A DNA stretch of 64,000 nt, from contig JBBQFH010000011.1 in the NCBI GenBank assembly GCA_038321865.1, forward strand, positions 1 through 64,000, read 5' to 3'. The notes below the pieces were generated by a model. It ran no database searches. It was not told where the DNA came from and was given only the letters and a program-made list of their open reading frames with translations. Shown here piece by piece: positions 8,478 through 18,838 of the stretch (its first letter is position 1; the number at the start of each line of letters is the position of its first letter). Source of the stretch: Gemmatimonadales bacterium. Its GTDB lineage: Bacteria; Gemmatimonadota; Gemmatimonadetes; Gemmatimonadales; GWC2-71-9. A program made the position numbers and the translations under genes.

Positions 8478-11096
8478 CTAGCGTACGATCAGCCGCCCCC
8501 GCAGCCGGAGATCGCGGGATGAGCTGCCGACCATGACCTGGAACGCGCCGGGCTCGACCACCCAGTGGAGCCCGGCGTCGAGCATCTGGAGTTGTGCGCG
8601 GTCGACGCGGAAGCGCACCTCCCGCTCCTCACCCGGCGCCAGGTGCACGCGGGCGAACCCCGCCAGCTGCAGCACCGGCCGGGCCACCGACGCCAGCTTG
8701 TCGCGCACGTAGAGCTGGACCACTTCGTCGCCGGCCACCCCGCCCGTGTTCCGCACCAGACAACGCACTTCCGCCCCGTCTCGCCGGCCGATGGTGTCCG
8801 GCGTGATCTCGAGGTTCCGGTACTCGAAGGTGGTGTAGCTCAGTCCGTACCCGAATGGAAACAGCGGCTGCCCGGTCAGGTCGGCGTAATCGTCGCCTCG
8901 GCCCGTGGGCTGGTGATAGTAGGTGAGCGGAAGCTGCCCTTCCTCGATCGGAAAGGTGATCGGGATCCGGCCGGCGGGATTGCTGCGGCCGAAGAGCACG
9001 TCAGCCACCGCCGCACCGCCTTCGTCTCCGGGGTACCACGCGTCCAGCACGGCGGCGGCCCCGTCGATCCACCGGTCCATCCTGATGGCGCTCCCGCCGA
9101 TCAGGACCACCACCACGGGACGCCCGGTGGCGGCGACCGCCTCGATCAGCTCTTCCTGGTGTCCCGGCAGCCCGAGCCGGGCCCGGTCCCGGAACTCTCC
9201 TTCGTCGATCCCCGCGACCACGATCGCCACCTCGCTCCGCCGCGCCAGCGCGACGGCACTGTCCACCGACTCACGCCAGCTCTCCGACTCGCCGTCGTCA
9301 CGGACCAGCCTGACGTGACCGTTGCCGGTGGTCTCGAAGTATTCCAGGCGCAGGGCGTGCGACGATCCGGGAGCGAGCTGCACATCGGCCATGCGCCTTC
9401 CGTATGAGCGCTTCACCCAATCGTCGATCAGGAGCCTGCCGTCGAGGTAGAGACGGTAGCCGTCGTTTCCCTCCACGCCGAGCCGGTGCACGGAGCGTGG
9501 CCCGGCGGTAAAGGTGCCGGTCCAGCGGACGGAGTACCAGTCGAGCGGAATGCCGGGCGCCGGCGGGCTCAGCGTCCAGTGAAAGTCCACGGCGGGATCC
9601 CGGCGAACGGCGGCGGGTGCACCGTCGAGGTGGATGTTCGCGAAATACTCTCCACGAAGACCGGCGACGCGGGCCCCCATCGAGTCCGTGCCGAGCTCCA
9701 CGGCGGGCACCGGCACGGATGGCGCCGAGCCGCGGCCGGGGCCTGCGGCGAATTCCACACGCATTCCCTCGCCGACCAGCGCCCGAATCCCCGCCAGAAT
9801 CGAGAGGTGACGCACCCCCGGCCCGCTGTAGCCGCCGAGCCGTGCCTCGGCCGCGTCGGTGCCGATGACTGCGACGGAGTGCAGCGTGTCACTGAGCGGC
9901 AGCAGGCCGCGATTCCGGAGGAGGACGATCGATTCCCCGGCGGCGCGGCGAGCGAGCGCCAGGTGCGCAGCGCTGCCATTGACGCGGTCGGCGCTGTCGG
10001 CATTCACGTACGGCGCGTCGAAGAGGCCAAGGCGGAACTTGGCTTCCAGCACGTGCGTGGCCGCGGAATCGATCACCGCCCTCGGCACCAGCCCGCGCCG
10101 GACGGCGTCCCAGTAGGGTTTGTACTGGGGCCAGGAGGACTGAAATACGACGTCGAGTCCCGCCTTCAATGCATGGGCGGCCGCTTCGGGGGTGCCGGAC
10201 TCGGTGTGATGGAGGACGACGGCGCCGCCGGTGGCCGCGGCGTCGGAGATGACGAAGCCCTGGAATCCCAACGCACGGCGGAGGATGTCGGTGAGGAGCC
10301 AGCGATTCTGGGTGGCGGGGACGCCATCAACGGAGTTGTAGGCGGTCATGACCGACTGGGCGCCGGCCGAGATGGCGGCGCGGAAGGGAGGAAAGAAATA
10401 CTCCTCCAGCCGCCGGCGACTGATGTCGATCGGGTAGCTGTCGCGGCCGCCTTCGCCGACGTTGGCGACGAAGTGCTTGGGCGTGGTGATGACGCCCTCT
10501 CGCTCGAAGCCGCCGACGTAGGCGCGGGCCATGGCGGAGGCGAGCCAGGGATCTTCGCCGTAAGTCTCCTCGACCCGGCCCCAGCGGACATCGCTGGCGA
10601 GATTGACGACCGGCGAGAGCACCTGCCGGATGCCGCGGCTCCGGCTCTCGATGGCGGCGGCGGCCGCCACCTCGGCCATCAGGGCGGTGTCCCAGGTGGC
10701 CGCGAGCGCGATCGCCGCCGGAAAGACGGTGGCGCCGGGCCGTACCAGACCGTGGACCGCCTCCTCGAACGGAATGATGGGGATGCCGAGCCGGGTGCGT
10801 TCGGAGAAGTAGTGCTGGATGCGGTTGATGTTGCGCGCGTCGGCGGCCGGCGATGCGGCGGCGGGCACTTGCAGGCCGAAGATGCCGTGGGAGTGATCCT
10901 GAGTCGAGTCGCTCAGGTCGCCGGGGACCATGAAGAGCTGCCAGAACTTTTCCTCGAGCGTCATGCGGCCCAGCAGATCGCGCGCTCGCGCGGCCGGGGC
11001 GAGGTGCCGGTTACGGTATGGCAGCGTGCCCTGCGGCTGCGCAGTGCACGGCACGAGCAGGAGTATCAGCAGCGGGGCCAGCGGGCGGACGCGCAT
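8478..11096 (-). CDS. GH3 beta-glucosidase/xylosidase with PA14 insert and Fn3-like C-terminus
   Basis: EEAVHG, RWGRVEETYGED, KHF, VISD, PA14-like YSVRWTG, FPFGYGLSYT, DEVVQLY. Start ATG 11096 or GTG 11138. Confidence 0.93.
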   Translation of the reverse strand: MRVRPLAPLLILLLVPCTAQPQGTLPYRNRHLAPAARARDLLGRMTLEEKFWQLFMVPGDLSDSTQDHSHGIFGLQVPAAASPAADARNINRIQHYFSERTRLGIPIIPFEEAVHGLVRPGATVFPAAIALAATWDTALMAEVAAAAAIESRSRGIRQVLSPVVNLASDVRWGRVEETYGEDPWLASAMARAYVGGFEREGVITTPKHFVANVGEGGRDSYPIDISRRRLEEYFFPPFRAAISAGAQSVMTAYNSVDGVPATQNRWLLTDILRRALGFQGFVISDAAATGGAVVLHHTESGTPEAAAHALKAGLDVVFQSSWPQYKPYWDAVRRGLVPRAVIDSAATHVLEAKFRLGLFDAPYVNADSADRVNGSAAHLALARRAAGESIVLLRNRGLLPLSDTLHSVAVIGTDAAEARLGGYSGPGVRHLSILAGIRALVGEGMRVEFAAGPGRGSAPSVPVPAVELGTDSMGARVAGLRGEYFANIHLDGAPAAVRRDPAVDFHWTLSPPAPGIPLDWYSVRWTGTFTAGPRSVHRLGVEGNDGYRLYLDGRLLIDDWVKRSYGRRMADVQLAPGSSHALRLEYFETTGNGHVRLVRDDGESESWRESVDSAVALARRSEVAIVVAGIDEGEFRDRARLGLPGHQEELIEAVAATGRPVVVVLIGGSAIRMDRWIDGAAAVLDAWYPGDEGGAAVADVLFGRSNPAGRIPITFPIEEGQLPLTYYHQPTGRGDDYADLTGQPLFPFGYGLSYTTFEYRNLEITPDTIGRRDGAEVRCLVRNTGGVAGDEVVQLYVRDKLASVARPVLQLAGFARVHLAPGEEREVRFRVDRAQLQMLDAGLHWVVEPGAFQVMVGSSSRDLRLRGRLIVR

Positions 11097-11234
11097 GCCC
11101 AACAATGGAACCGGCCGAAGGTGGCGGCAAGGCGTCACCCCGGCGACCCTAGTTCTCCCAGTAGCCGATCCTGCGGTCGCGCCGTATCGTTGGGGGCCCG
11201 TGTGCGATCACGCCATCACTACCTCGGAGGTTGC

Positions 11235-11621
11235 ATGAAGCGAGTCACCGGCATCGGCGGCGTCTTCTTCAAGGCCAAGGACGCGCCGGCCCTGCACGCC
11301 TGGTACCGGCGACACCTCGGCATCGATGTCCAGGAATGGGGTGGCGCGTCGTTCGACTGGACCGACGGTGACGGCAAGCCGGTAGGCGGAACGACGGCCT
11401 GGCTGATCGCGCCGGCACAGAGCAACCAGTTTGCGCCCAGCGCCGCGCCGTTCATGGTCAACTACCGGGTGGACGATCTCCACGCCCTGCTCGAGGCGCT
11501 GCGCGAGGAAGGCTGCAACGTGCTCGACAAGGTCGACGATTCCGAGTACGGAAAGTTCGGCTGGGTTGTGGATCCGGAAGGAAACAAGGTGGAGTTGTGG
11601 CAGCCGCCTGCCGGACAGTGA
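11235..11621 (+). CDS. VOC/glyoxalase family protein
   Basis: KRVTGIGGVFF, NYRVDDL, YGKFGWVVDPEGNKVELWQP; SD GGAGG. Confidence 0.9.
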   Translation: MKRVTGIGGVFFKAKDAPALHAWYRRHLGIDVQEWGGASFDWTDGDGKPVGGTTAWLIAPAQSNQFAPSAAPFMVNYRVDDLHALLEALREEGCNVLDKVDDSEYGKFGWVVDPEGNKVELWQPPAGQ

Positions 11622-11661
11622 CCATGATGGAGCGCATTGCACAACACTTCGCGAGGGCCGG

Positions 11662-12222
11662 ATGACGCCAATCATGTCGTTGCTGCTGCCGATCGTCCTG
11701 TCCGCGGTCGCCGTCTTCGTGCTCACGATGATCCTGCACATGACGCCATGGCACCGGCGTGACTACCTGCGGCTTCCCGATGAGGACGGCGTGATGCAGG
11801 CGCTCCGCCCGTTCAACATTCCGCCCAACGACTACTTGACGCCGCATCCCGGCTCGGGCGATTACATGAAGTCGCCCGAATACGACGCCAAACGCGATGC
11901 CGGCCCGGTGATGGTCCTGACGGTCGTGCCGTTGGGGCCGTGGAAGATTGGCAGGATGATGGGGTTGTGGTTCCTCTTCACCATCGTGGTGGCGGCGATC
12001 GTCGCGTGCGTCGTCGGGACGATCGTGCCTCCCGGTGGCCACACCCACACGGTGTTTCACGACGTCGCCGTCATCACCTTCCTCAGCTATGCGATGGGTG
12101 CGGTTCCGCTGTCGATCTGGTACGCCCGCAAGTGGTCCACGACGCTCAGGACCGCCGTGGACGCGCTGCTGTACGCGCTGGCGTCCGGGGGGATCTTTGC
12201 GATGATGTGGCCGCATGCGTAG
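11662..12222 (+). CDS. Conserved hypothetical membrane protein (about 4 TM)
   Basis: Four hydrophobic segments; SD GAGGG; coding-like codon usage. Confidence 0.65.
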   Translation: MTPIMSLLLPIVLSAVAVFVLTMILHMTPWHRRDYLRLPDEDGVMQALRPFNIPPNDYLTPHPGSGDYMKSPEYDAKRDAGPVMVLTVVPLGPWKIGRMMGLWFLFTIVVAAIVACVVGTIVPPGGHTHTVFHDVAVITFLSYAMGAVPLSIWYARKWSTTLRTAVDALLYALASGGIFAMMWPHA

Positions 12223-12655
12223 CGTAATAGTCGTGACACTTCTCGGGCTCGTCGGCTCTGACTGCCGGCAGCCTCAACCCGCGGCGGCCGTCGAGACCAC
12301 CGTTTCGGCGGCGGATTATGCGTTCCAGGTTCCCAGGCACTTTTCGCAGGGCCGTGCCGTGTTCCGTCTTCGGAACACCGGCCGCGTACCCCATGAAATG
12401 GCGTTGGGTCAGTTACGTCCCGGTATGACGGCCGACTCGGTGCTCGCGCGGGTTGCCTCCGGCAAGGATCCCGCGGAACTCACGGACGGCGTCGTCGGCA
12501 TCCTGATCGCCGGACCCGGCACCTCCAGTCTTGGCACGCTGAGTGCCGACCTGATCCGGGGACGGACATACATGATGATCTGCCAGTTTCGCGACGCGGA
12601 CTCGCTGCCGCCGCATCTGGCCATGGGCATGCAGGCGAGTTTTCTGGTGGACTAG
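12215..12655 (+). CDS. Cupredoxin-like secreted protein
   Basis: Signal sequence; NTGRVPHEM and YMMICQFRDADSLPPHLAMGM (C-x10-H-x4-M). Confidence 0.7.
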   Translation: MRSVIVVTLLGLVGSDCRQPQPAAAVETTVSAADYAFQVPRHFSQGRAVFRLRNTGRVPHEMALGQLRPGMTADSVLARVASGKDPAELTDGVVGILIAGPGTSSLGTLSADLIRGRTYMMICQFRDADSLPPHLAMGMQASFLVD

Positions 12656-14328
12656 TACCCGACGGCAGCTCCATCCTTTCGCGGATCCGACCCCGCCGCA
12701 TACCCCTTCGGCAGGCGCATGATCGCCTGCGACCCGCCGAACTGCACGGCGCTCTCATCGGTGATCGCATGTCCCATCGCCGCCAGCGCCGCTCGCACGC
12801 CGTCACTGATCGGCGCCTCGAGCGCGATGCGGGTGCCGCCCAGGTGCCGGAATCGCGCTGCGTCGATCGCCTGCTGAAGCCCCATGCCGAACACGAAGAG
12901 GTTGAGCAGCACCTGCACGTGTCCCTGCGCCTGCATCGATCCGCCCATCACGCCGAAGCTCATCCACGGCGTGTCGCCCCGGCCGTCCGGTGACGACGCG
13001 GCACCGGGCTTCGTCACGAACGCCGGCACCAGTGTGTGGAACGGCCGCTTCCCCGGCGCCACCGTGTTGGGGAGCCCCTCCTCCAGCGTGAACCCCGCCC
13101 CCCGGTTCTGCAGCGCGAACCCGGTTCCCGGCACCACCACCCCCGAGCCGAACAGGTCGTACAGACTGTTGATGAACGACACCATGTTGCCCGCGCTGTC
13201 GGCCGCCGTCAGGTAGATCGTCTCGCTGGCGGTGAGCGCCGGACCCGGGTCCACCCGGTCGGCCGCGTGCGCCGCGTTCATGTGGCTCCGCCGCTCGGCG
13301 ATGAATCGGTCGGACAGCATGCGCCCCACCGGCATCGTCAGGTGATCGGCGTCTCCCACGTACCGCGCGAGGTCGGCGTAGGCCAGCTTCTTCGCCTCGA
13401 TCAGATGGTGGAGGTACGCCGCCGAGTTGTGGCCCATCGCCTTGAGATCGTAGGGCTCGAGGATCCGGAGCATCTCCAGCGCGGCCACACCCTGGTTGCT
13501 GGGCGGCAACTCCCAGATGCGGTATCCCTTGAACAGCGTCGAGATTGGGGTGACCCAGGTGGGCTGGTTGGCGCGGAGGTCCTCGAGGGTGAGGAAGCCG
13601 CCCAGGCCGTCGAGATGCTTCACGATGCGCTGGCCAAGCGGGCCGCCGTAGAGCGCCGCCGGCCCCTCCACCGCGATCTCGCGCAGCGTGCGCGCGTAGT
13701 CCGGGTTCCGGAACCACTCACCCGCCGCGGGCGCGTGGGTGCCGCCGATCAGGAAGGTCGCGCGCCCCGCGGAGTCGTGCAGCGCCTCGGACGCCGTCGC
13801 CTGCCAGTCGGCGGCGATCACCGGCGTGACCGGGAACCCCTCCTCGGCGTAGCGGATCGCCGGCGCCAGTGCCTCCGCCAGCGAAATCGTCCCGTACTTC
13901 TTCAGCAGCTCGGCCCATCCCGCCAGCGCCCCCGGCACCGTCACCGTCTCGGCGCCGCCCAGCGGCATCTCCTTGTGTCCCCGGCGCAGGAGCTCGGCCC
14001 GCGTCATCCGCGCGCCGGCCCGTCCGGCGGCGTTGAGCGCCACCAGGCGGTGCTCCTTCGCGATCCACACCATGGCGAACATGTCGCCGCCGATGCCGGT
14101 CATCATCGGCTCGACCACCGAGAGCACCGCCGCCGAAGTGACCGCCGCGTCGATCGCGTTGCCGCCACGCTGGAGCACGGCGAGGCCGGCGGCGCTTGCC
14201 AGCGGCTGGCTGGTGGCGACGATCCCGTGCGGCGCGTAGACGGTAGAGCGGGCGGCCATCGAGAGGGGGCGCTGGGCGTGGAGGGAGATCGGGACCAGCG
14301 AGCAAGCGACGAGCGCCGGGATTCGCAT
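12652..14328 (-). CDS. ggt: Gamma-glutamyltransferase
   Basis: GGNAIDAA, EPMMTGIGGD, autoprocessing Thr in SETIY, GKRPFHT, GSDPRKDG; signal peptide from ATG 14328. Confidence 0.93.
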   Translation of the reverse strand: MRIPALVACSLVPISLHAQRPLSMAARSTVYAPHGIVATSQPLASAAGLAVLQRGGNAIDAAVTSAAVLSVVEPMMTGIGGDMFAMVWIAKEHRLVALNAAGRAGARMTRAELLRRGHKEMPLGGAETVTVPGALAGWAELLKKYGTISLAEALAPAIRYAEEGFPVTPVIAADWQATASEALHDSAGRATFLIGGTHAPAAGEWFRNPDYARTLREIAVEGPAALYGGPLGQRIVKHLDGLGGFLTLEDLRANQPTWVTPISTLFKGYRIWELPPSNQGVAALEMLRILEPYDLKAMGHNSAAYLHHLIEAKKLAYADLARYVGDADHLTMPVGRMLSDRFIAERRSHMNAAHAADRVDPGPALTASETIYLTAADSAGNMVSFINSLYDLFGSGVVVPGTGFALQNRGAGFTLEEGLPNTVAPGKRPFHTLVPAFVTKPGAASSPDGRGDTPWMSFGVMGGSMQAQGHVQVLLNLFVFGMGLQQAIDAARFRHLGGTRIALEAPISDGVRAALAAMGHAITDESAVQFGGSQAIMRLPKGYAAGSDPRKDGAAVGY

Positions 14329-14360
14329 CCGGCGCCGCCGCCCGTCGATCCGGGGAATGC

Positions 14361-15032
14361 TCAGCCGGCGAAGCAGTAGCTGCAGCCCAGCTCCTGCGCG
14401 CGGCCCACCGCCATGACGCCCGACGGGACCACCTGCACGCCCGGGTAGAGTCCGGCCACCCACTCGTTCTTCACCACCGTCGGATCCATGTTCATCTTCT
14501 TGGCCGCGGCGGCGCTGTAGACGGTGAGCGCCGCATTGCAGGCGCCGACCAGCACACCCGACTTGAGCAGCTCGGTGATACCCAGTCCCGGGATCGGAAG
14601 GCCGGTGATCACGCCGTAGGGATTCGCCGTGGCCGGGACATCGCCGTTCTTGATGTCGAACATCTCGCCGAACTTGTACTTGGCCCAGACCGAGTCCTGC
14701 ATCGCGAGTGGAATCGCCTCATGGCGCAGGATCACCACGGCGGTGCCGGGCTCGCCGGGATAGGTCGCGCCCATGGTGAGGAGATAGACCCGCGGCCAGA
14801 TGGCGCTGACCCCGTGATTTGCCATCGGCGCGTCAAAGACCTGGCGGTGCTTGCCGGTGATCTTGCTGAACCAGGCGTTGAGCGCGGGATCGGCGCCGGC
14901 CGAGCCGCGGCGCGGCTCGCCAGCGGAAAGGCCGGCCGGAACGGTGCCGCTCAACCCCAGCGCGGCGGCCGCCATCGCCATGCGGCCCAGAAAGCCCCGG
15001 CGCGGGGTGAATGAGGAAGAATCGGGATGCAT
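14361..15032 (-). CDS. Tat-exported protein, possibly DsrE-like fold
   Basis: RRGFLG Tat motif; KHRQVFD, ILRHEAI, GVLVGACNAAL, VVPSGVMAV, terminal CSYC. Confidence 0.6.
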   Translation of the reverse strand: MHPDSSSFTPRRGFLGRMAMAAAALGLSGTVPAGLSAGEPRRGSAGADPALNAWFSKITGKHRQVFDAPMANHGVSAIWPRVYLLTMGATYPGEPGTAVVILRHEAIPLAMQDSVWAKYKFGEMFDIKNGDVPATANPYGVITGLPIPGLGITELLKSGVLVGACNAALTVYSAAAAKKMNMDPTVVKNEWVAGLYPGVQVVPSGVMAVGRAQELGCSYCFAG

Positions 15033-15206
15033 GGGGACCTCCGTGGCGGATAAGTGATTGCGGACGATGACTCCGCAGAACCCAACGTATGGCGCATTCC
15101 CAATCTGGCAAGGGCGGCCGGCCGCGCCGGGCCATCACAGCGGCGGGACGTCGTCGCGCGTAAGTTGGAAGTGGGTGACTCCTTCCGAACCCGATCCGAG
15201 GCCCGT

Positions 15207-16265
15207 ATGACCATACGCTCGATTCTCGTCCCGGCATTGACGCTCGGCCTGGCGCTGGGCGCACATCATGCCGCGAGGGCGCAGACCTTCACGGCCACCA
15301 AATACGCCATCGGCGGCGACGGTGGCACCGACTATGTCCAGGCCGAGCCCGGCACCGGCCGCGTGTTCGTGTCCCGCGGCACCCACGTGATGGTGGTCGA
15401 CGGCGCGACCGGCAAGGTGCTGGGCGACATTCCCAACACCCCGCGCATGCACGGCATCGCGCTCGCGGCGAAGCACGGGCACGGCTTCATCACCAGCGCC
15501 GGCGATTCCACGGTCGAGATGTTCGACCTGAAGACCCTCGCGGTGACGCGACGCATTCCGATCCCGACCGGCGGACTCGACGGCATCATGTATGACGAGT
15601 CGTCTGACCGGATCATTCTCACCAACCACAGCCGGCCGATCGGCACCGTCGTGGCGCTCGACGCGAACAGTGGCGACATCGTCGGCACGGCACAGCTGGA
15701 GGACACCGGTCCCGAAGGTGCCGCCAGCGACGGCAAAGGCCGGATCTTTGTCAACAACGAGGGCACTAGCACCATCCAGGTGATCGACGCAAAGAGCATG
15801 AAGGCCACTGCGTCGTGGCCGCTCGCGCCGTGCGAGGGTCCCACCGGCATCGCCTACGACCGCGCCTCCAATCGGATCTTCTCCGGCTGCGGCAAGACGT
15901 CGGTGGTGGTGGACGCGAAGTCGGGGAAGGTCGTCGCGACGATCGCCAACGGCGACGGCGTCGACGCGCTCGGCTGGGATCCGGTGCAGAAGCTGATCTA
16001 CATCCCCGCAGGGCGCGACGGTAACGTTACCGTGGTGCACCAGGACTCGCCAAACAAGTACACGGTGGTCGCGACCGTCGCCACGATGCGCGGCGCCAAG
16101 ACGATCACGGTGGACCCGGTGCGGCACGTGGCGTATCTGTTCCAGCCCGAGTACGGGCCGCCGCCGGCCCCGGCGCCCGGCACCACCGCGCCGGCACCGC
16201 AGCCGGGGTTCCGGGGGCCGCGCGGCCCGGTGATCGGCGCCTGGTTCTTCGCCATCAGCCACTGA
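15207..16265 (+). CDS. YncE/YVTN beta-propeller secreted protein
   Basis: Signal peptide (ARA-Q); repeated blades GGTDY, HGIALA, PEGAASDG, PCEGPTGIAYD. Confidence 0.82.
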   Translation: MTIRSILVPALTLGLALGAHHAARAQTFTATKYAIGGDGGTDYVQAEPGTGRVFVSRGTHVMVVDGATGKVLGDIPNTPRMHGIALAAKHGHGFITSAGDSTVEMFDLKTLAVTRRIPIPTGGLDGIMYDESSDRIILTNHSRPIGTVVALDANSGDIVGTAQLEDTGPEGAASDGKGRIFVNNEGTSTIQVIDAKSMKATASWPLAPCEGPTGIAYDRASNRIFSGCGKTSVVVDAKSGKVVATIANGDGVDALGWDPVQKLIYIPAGRDGNVTVVHQDSPNKYTVVATVATMRGAKTITVDPVRHVAYLFQPEYGPPPAPAPGTTAPAPQPGFRGPRGPVIGAWFFAISH

Positions 16266-16279
16266 GCGGCATGGCAATC

Positions 16280-16313
16280 GACGAAGCCCGGGAAGGAATT
16301 CCCGGGCTTCGTC
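16280..16313. terminator. Stem-loop, probable terminator
   Basis: Perfect 15-bp inverted repeat GACGAAGCCCGGGAA-GGAA-TTCCCGGGCTTCGTC, 14 bp after the stop; no U-tract. Confidence 0.6.
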
Positions 16314-16372
16314 ATGTCGATGCGCCGGCGCTCAGTCTTGCGGGCTTTGGGAGCGAGTGGCAGGTTCCGTCG

Positions 16373-18823
16373 ATGCCCGAACCCGACCCCAGCTCGCTCG
16401 AATCGCTCCGGGCCGGTCTCGCCGGCCGCTATGAGATCGAGCGCGAGCTCGGCGCCGGTGGCATGGCGGTCGTCTACCTCGCCCGCGACACCGCCCGAAG
16501 CCGGCGGGTGGCGCTCAAGGTGCTCCGGCCCGTACTGGGCAGCATTGTGGGCGGGGACCGGTTTCAGCGCGAGATCGCCCTCGTCGCGCAGCTCGTCCAT
16601 CCGCACATCCTGCCGCTGCTCGATTCCGGCGAGACCGCCGGGCGGCTCTGGTTCACCATGCCGTTCATCGAGGGCGAGTCGCTCCGGGCGTGGCTCGGCC
16701 GGGAGACTCAGCTTCCGCTGGGCGATGCGGTGCGGCTGACACGCGAAGTCGCCGGCGCGCTGACCCACGCACATGCCCGCGGCATCCTCCATCGCGACAT
16801 CAAGCCTGACAACATCCTCCTGGCCGACGGCCACGCGCTGCTCGCCGATTTCGGCATCGCACGCGCGGTCGCCGGCGAAACCGGCGAGCAGCTCACCGGC
16901 ACCGGCATCGCCGTGGGCACCCCCGGCTACATGAGTCCCGAGCAGTCCACCGCCGACCGCCACCTCGACGCCCGAAGCGACGTCTACGCACTGGCGTCGG
17001 TCTGTTACGAGATGCTGGCAGGGGAGCCGCCGTTCACCGGGCCGACGGCGCAGGTGGTGATCGCCCGGCGCCTGTCGCAGCCGCCGCCTTCGCTCCGGAC
17101 GACGCGTCCGGGCGTGCCGGAGGCGGTGGATGCCGTCGTCCGGCGCGGGCTCGCCTCCGCCCCGGCCGATCGATACGCCACCGCCGCAGACTTCTCCGCG
17201 GCGCTCGGCGCCGCCGCCGGCGGAGGCTCGCACGCGCCGCGGGCCCGGTCGCGCTGGCTACTGCCGGCCGTGGCCGCCGTGACGCTGCTTGCCCTCGGCG
17301 TGGCGGGCTATCGGCGGATGTCTCCGCGCCCGCCGCCCCGCGCGGCCGAGGCCGAGGGGGGCATCCGCCTCGCCGTGGTGCCGTTCCGCCTCATCGGCCA
17401 CGACAGCGCCGACCAGTATCTGGCCGACGGCATCTCGCAGGAGATCAACTCCACGCTGTCGAACCTCAGCGGCCTCCGAGTCATCGCGCAGAGCTCGGTC
17501 GCGCCGGCGGCCGAAACTGCGAGGGGGCTGCGCGAACTCGGCGCCGCGCTGGGCGCCGACGCGCTGGTCGAGGGAGACGTGCAGCATGCCGGCACCCAGG
17601 TCCGGGTCCGCGTCCGCTTGATCGATCCCGCCACTGAGGAAACACGGTGGAGCCAGGAGTTCGATCACACCACGCGGGACGTCTTTCGCATTCAGTCCGA
17701 GGTCGGGACTCGGGTGGCCGCGCTGCTCCGGATCCAGCTCGCGGAGCGCGAATCACGCTCGCTCGGCCGGCCGCCGACCACCAATCCCGAGGCCTACGAC
17801 TGGTATCTCAGGGGCCGCGCGCAGGGGGACCGCACCATCCCGACTCTCGGCGAGCTGGATTCGACCGTCACCAACCTGACGAGGGCGATCGAGCTGGACT
17901 CGACGTTCGCACTCGCGTGGGCGCTCCGCGCGCGGGCGCTGCAGCAGGCGGTCTTCGCCTTCGACGGCCAGGCGGCCCGGGTGAGCGAGGCCGAATCCGA
18001 CGTGGCGCGGGCCCTCGCGCTCGACTCGACGCTGGCGGTCGCCTGGCAGGTGCGCGGCAGCCTCGCCTGGAACGCCGTGACGGGCTGGAACTTCGCGCAG
18101 GCGCTCGCTGACACCCGCCGCGCGCTGGCGATCAGGCCGAGCGACGCGGACGCGCATGCCGGTCTCGGCTCGCTGTACTTTCACTATGGCTTTCCCGAGG
18201 AGGCGGCTCGGGAGCTCGCGCTGAGCCTCTCACTCGATCCCCGGGACGGCTGTGACAATCCAGCCCGGTGCGCCGGCTTTTCCCGGCCACGCATCGCGCG
18301 AACATTCTGGTATCGCCAGCAGTTCGAGTCGGCGCTCGCCGTGTATCGGCGGATGCCGTTCCTCGGGCCGTGGACCTCGGAATACGCGGTGGTGCTGAAT
18401 GGCGTGGGCCGCCCCGGGGAAGGGCTGGCGCTGCTCGACTCAACGTCGCAGGCGGGGCGGAACGTCGCCCAGGAAGCCGATCGGGAGGCGGCGCGCGGGC
18501 TGATGTATGCCGCGCTGGGGCGTCCGGACCAGGCGCTCGTCCGCCTCCGCGCCGCCGCAGCGAAGCCCATCAGCCGCTCGCATTTCCACCACGCTCAGTT
18601 CACCATCGCCTGTGCCTACGCGCGGCTCGGCCGGAAGGCGGACGCGGTCGGCTGGCTCGAGCGTGCCGCGGATAACGGCCTGCCCAACTATCCGCTGTTC
18701 CGGAACGATCCGAATCTCAAATCGCTGCAGGGGGATGCGGCATACGAAGAGTTCATGAGGCGGCTGAAGGGGCAATACGAGCAGTATGCAGCGCTGGTGC
18801 ACGCGCAGCCGGCGGTGCGATGA
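16373..18823 (+). CDS. Hanks-type Ser/Thr kinase with TM, TolB_N-like and TPR regions
   Basis: GAGGMAVVY, VALK, HRDIKPDN, DFG, GTPGYMSPEQ; TM LLPAVAAVTLLALGVAGY; LAVVPF...YLADGI. Confidence 0.92.
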   Translation: MPEPDPSSLESLRAGLAGRYEIERELGAGGMAVVYLARDTARSRRVALKVLRPVLGSIVGGDRFQREIALVAQLVHPHILPLLDSGETAGRLWFTMPFIEGESLRAWLGRETQLPLGDAVRLTREVAGALTHAHARGILHRDIKPDNILLADGHALLADFGIARAVAGETGEQLTGTGIAVGTPGYMSPEQSTADRHLDARSDVYALASVCYEMLAGEPPFTGPTAQVVIARRLSQPPPSLRTTRPGVPEAVDAVVRRGLASAPADRYATAADFSAALGAAAGGGSHAPRARSRWLLPAVAAVTLLALGVAGYRRMSPRPPPRAAEAEGGIRLAVVPFRLIGHDSADQYLADGISQEINSTLSNLSGLRVIAQSSVAPAAETARGLRELGAALGADALVEGDVQHAGTQVRVRVRLIDPATEETRWSQEFDHTTRDVFRIQSEVGTRVAALLRIQLAERESRSLGRPPTTNPEAYDWYLRGRAQGDRTIPTLGELDSTVTNLTRAIELDSTFALAWALRARALQQAVFAFDGQAARVSEAESDVARALALDSTLAVAWQVRGSLAWNAVTGWNFAQALADTRRALAIRPSDADAHAGLGSLYFHYGFPEEAARELALSLSLDPRDGCDNPARCAGFSRPRIARTFWYRQQFESALAVYRRMPFLGPWTSEYAVVLNGVGRPGEGLALLDSTSQAGRNVAQEADREAARGLMYAALGRPDQALVRLRAAAAKPISRSHFHHAQFTIACAYARLGRKADAVGWLERAADNGLPNYPLFRNDPNLKSLQGDAAYEEFMRRLKGQYEQYAALVHAQPAVR

Positions 18824-18838
18824 ACACCGCTGCACGGA

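Noticed and set aside
9486..11234. Apparent 711-aa fusion ending in a VOC domain
   Set aside because: The upstream part is antisense to the GH3 gene; the real start is ATG 11235 with a GGAGG SD.
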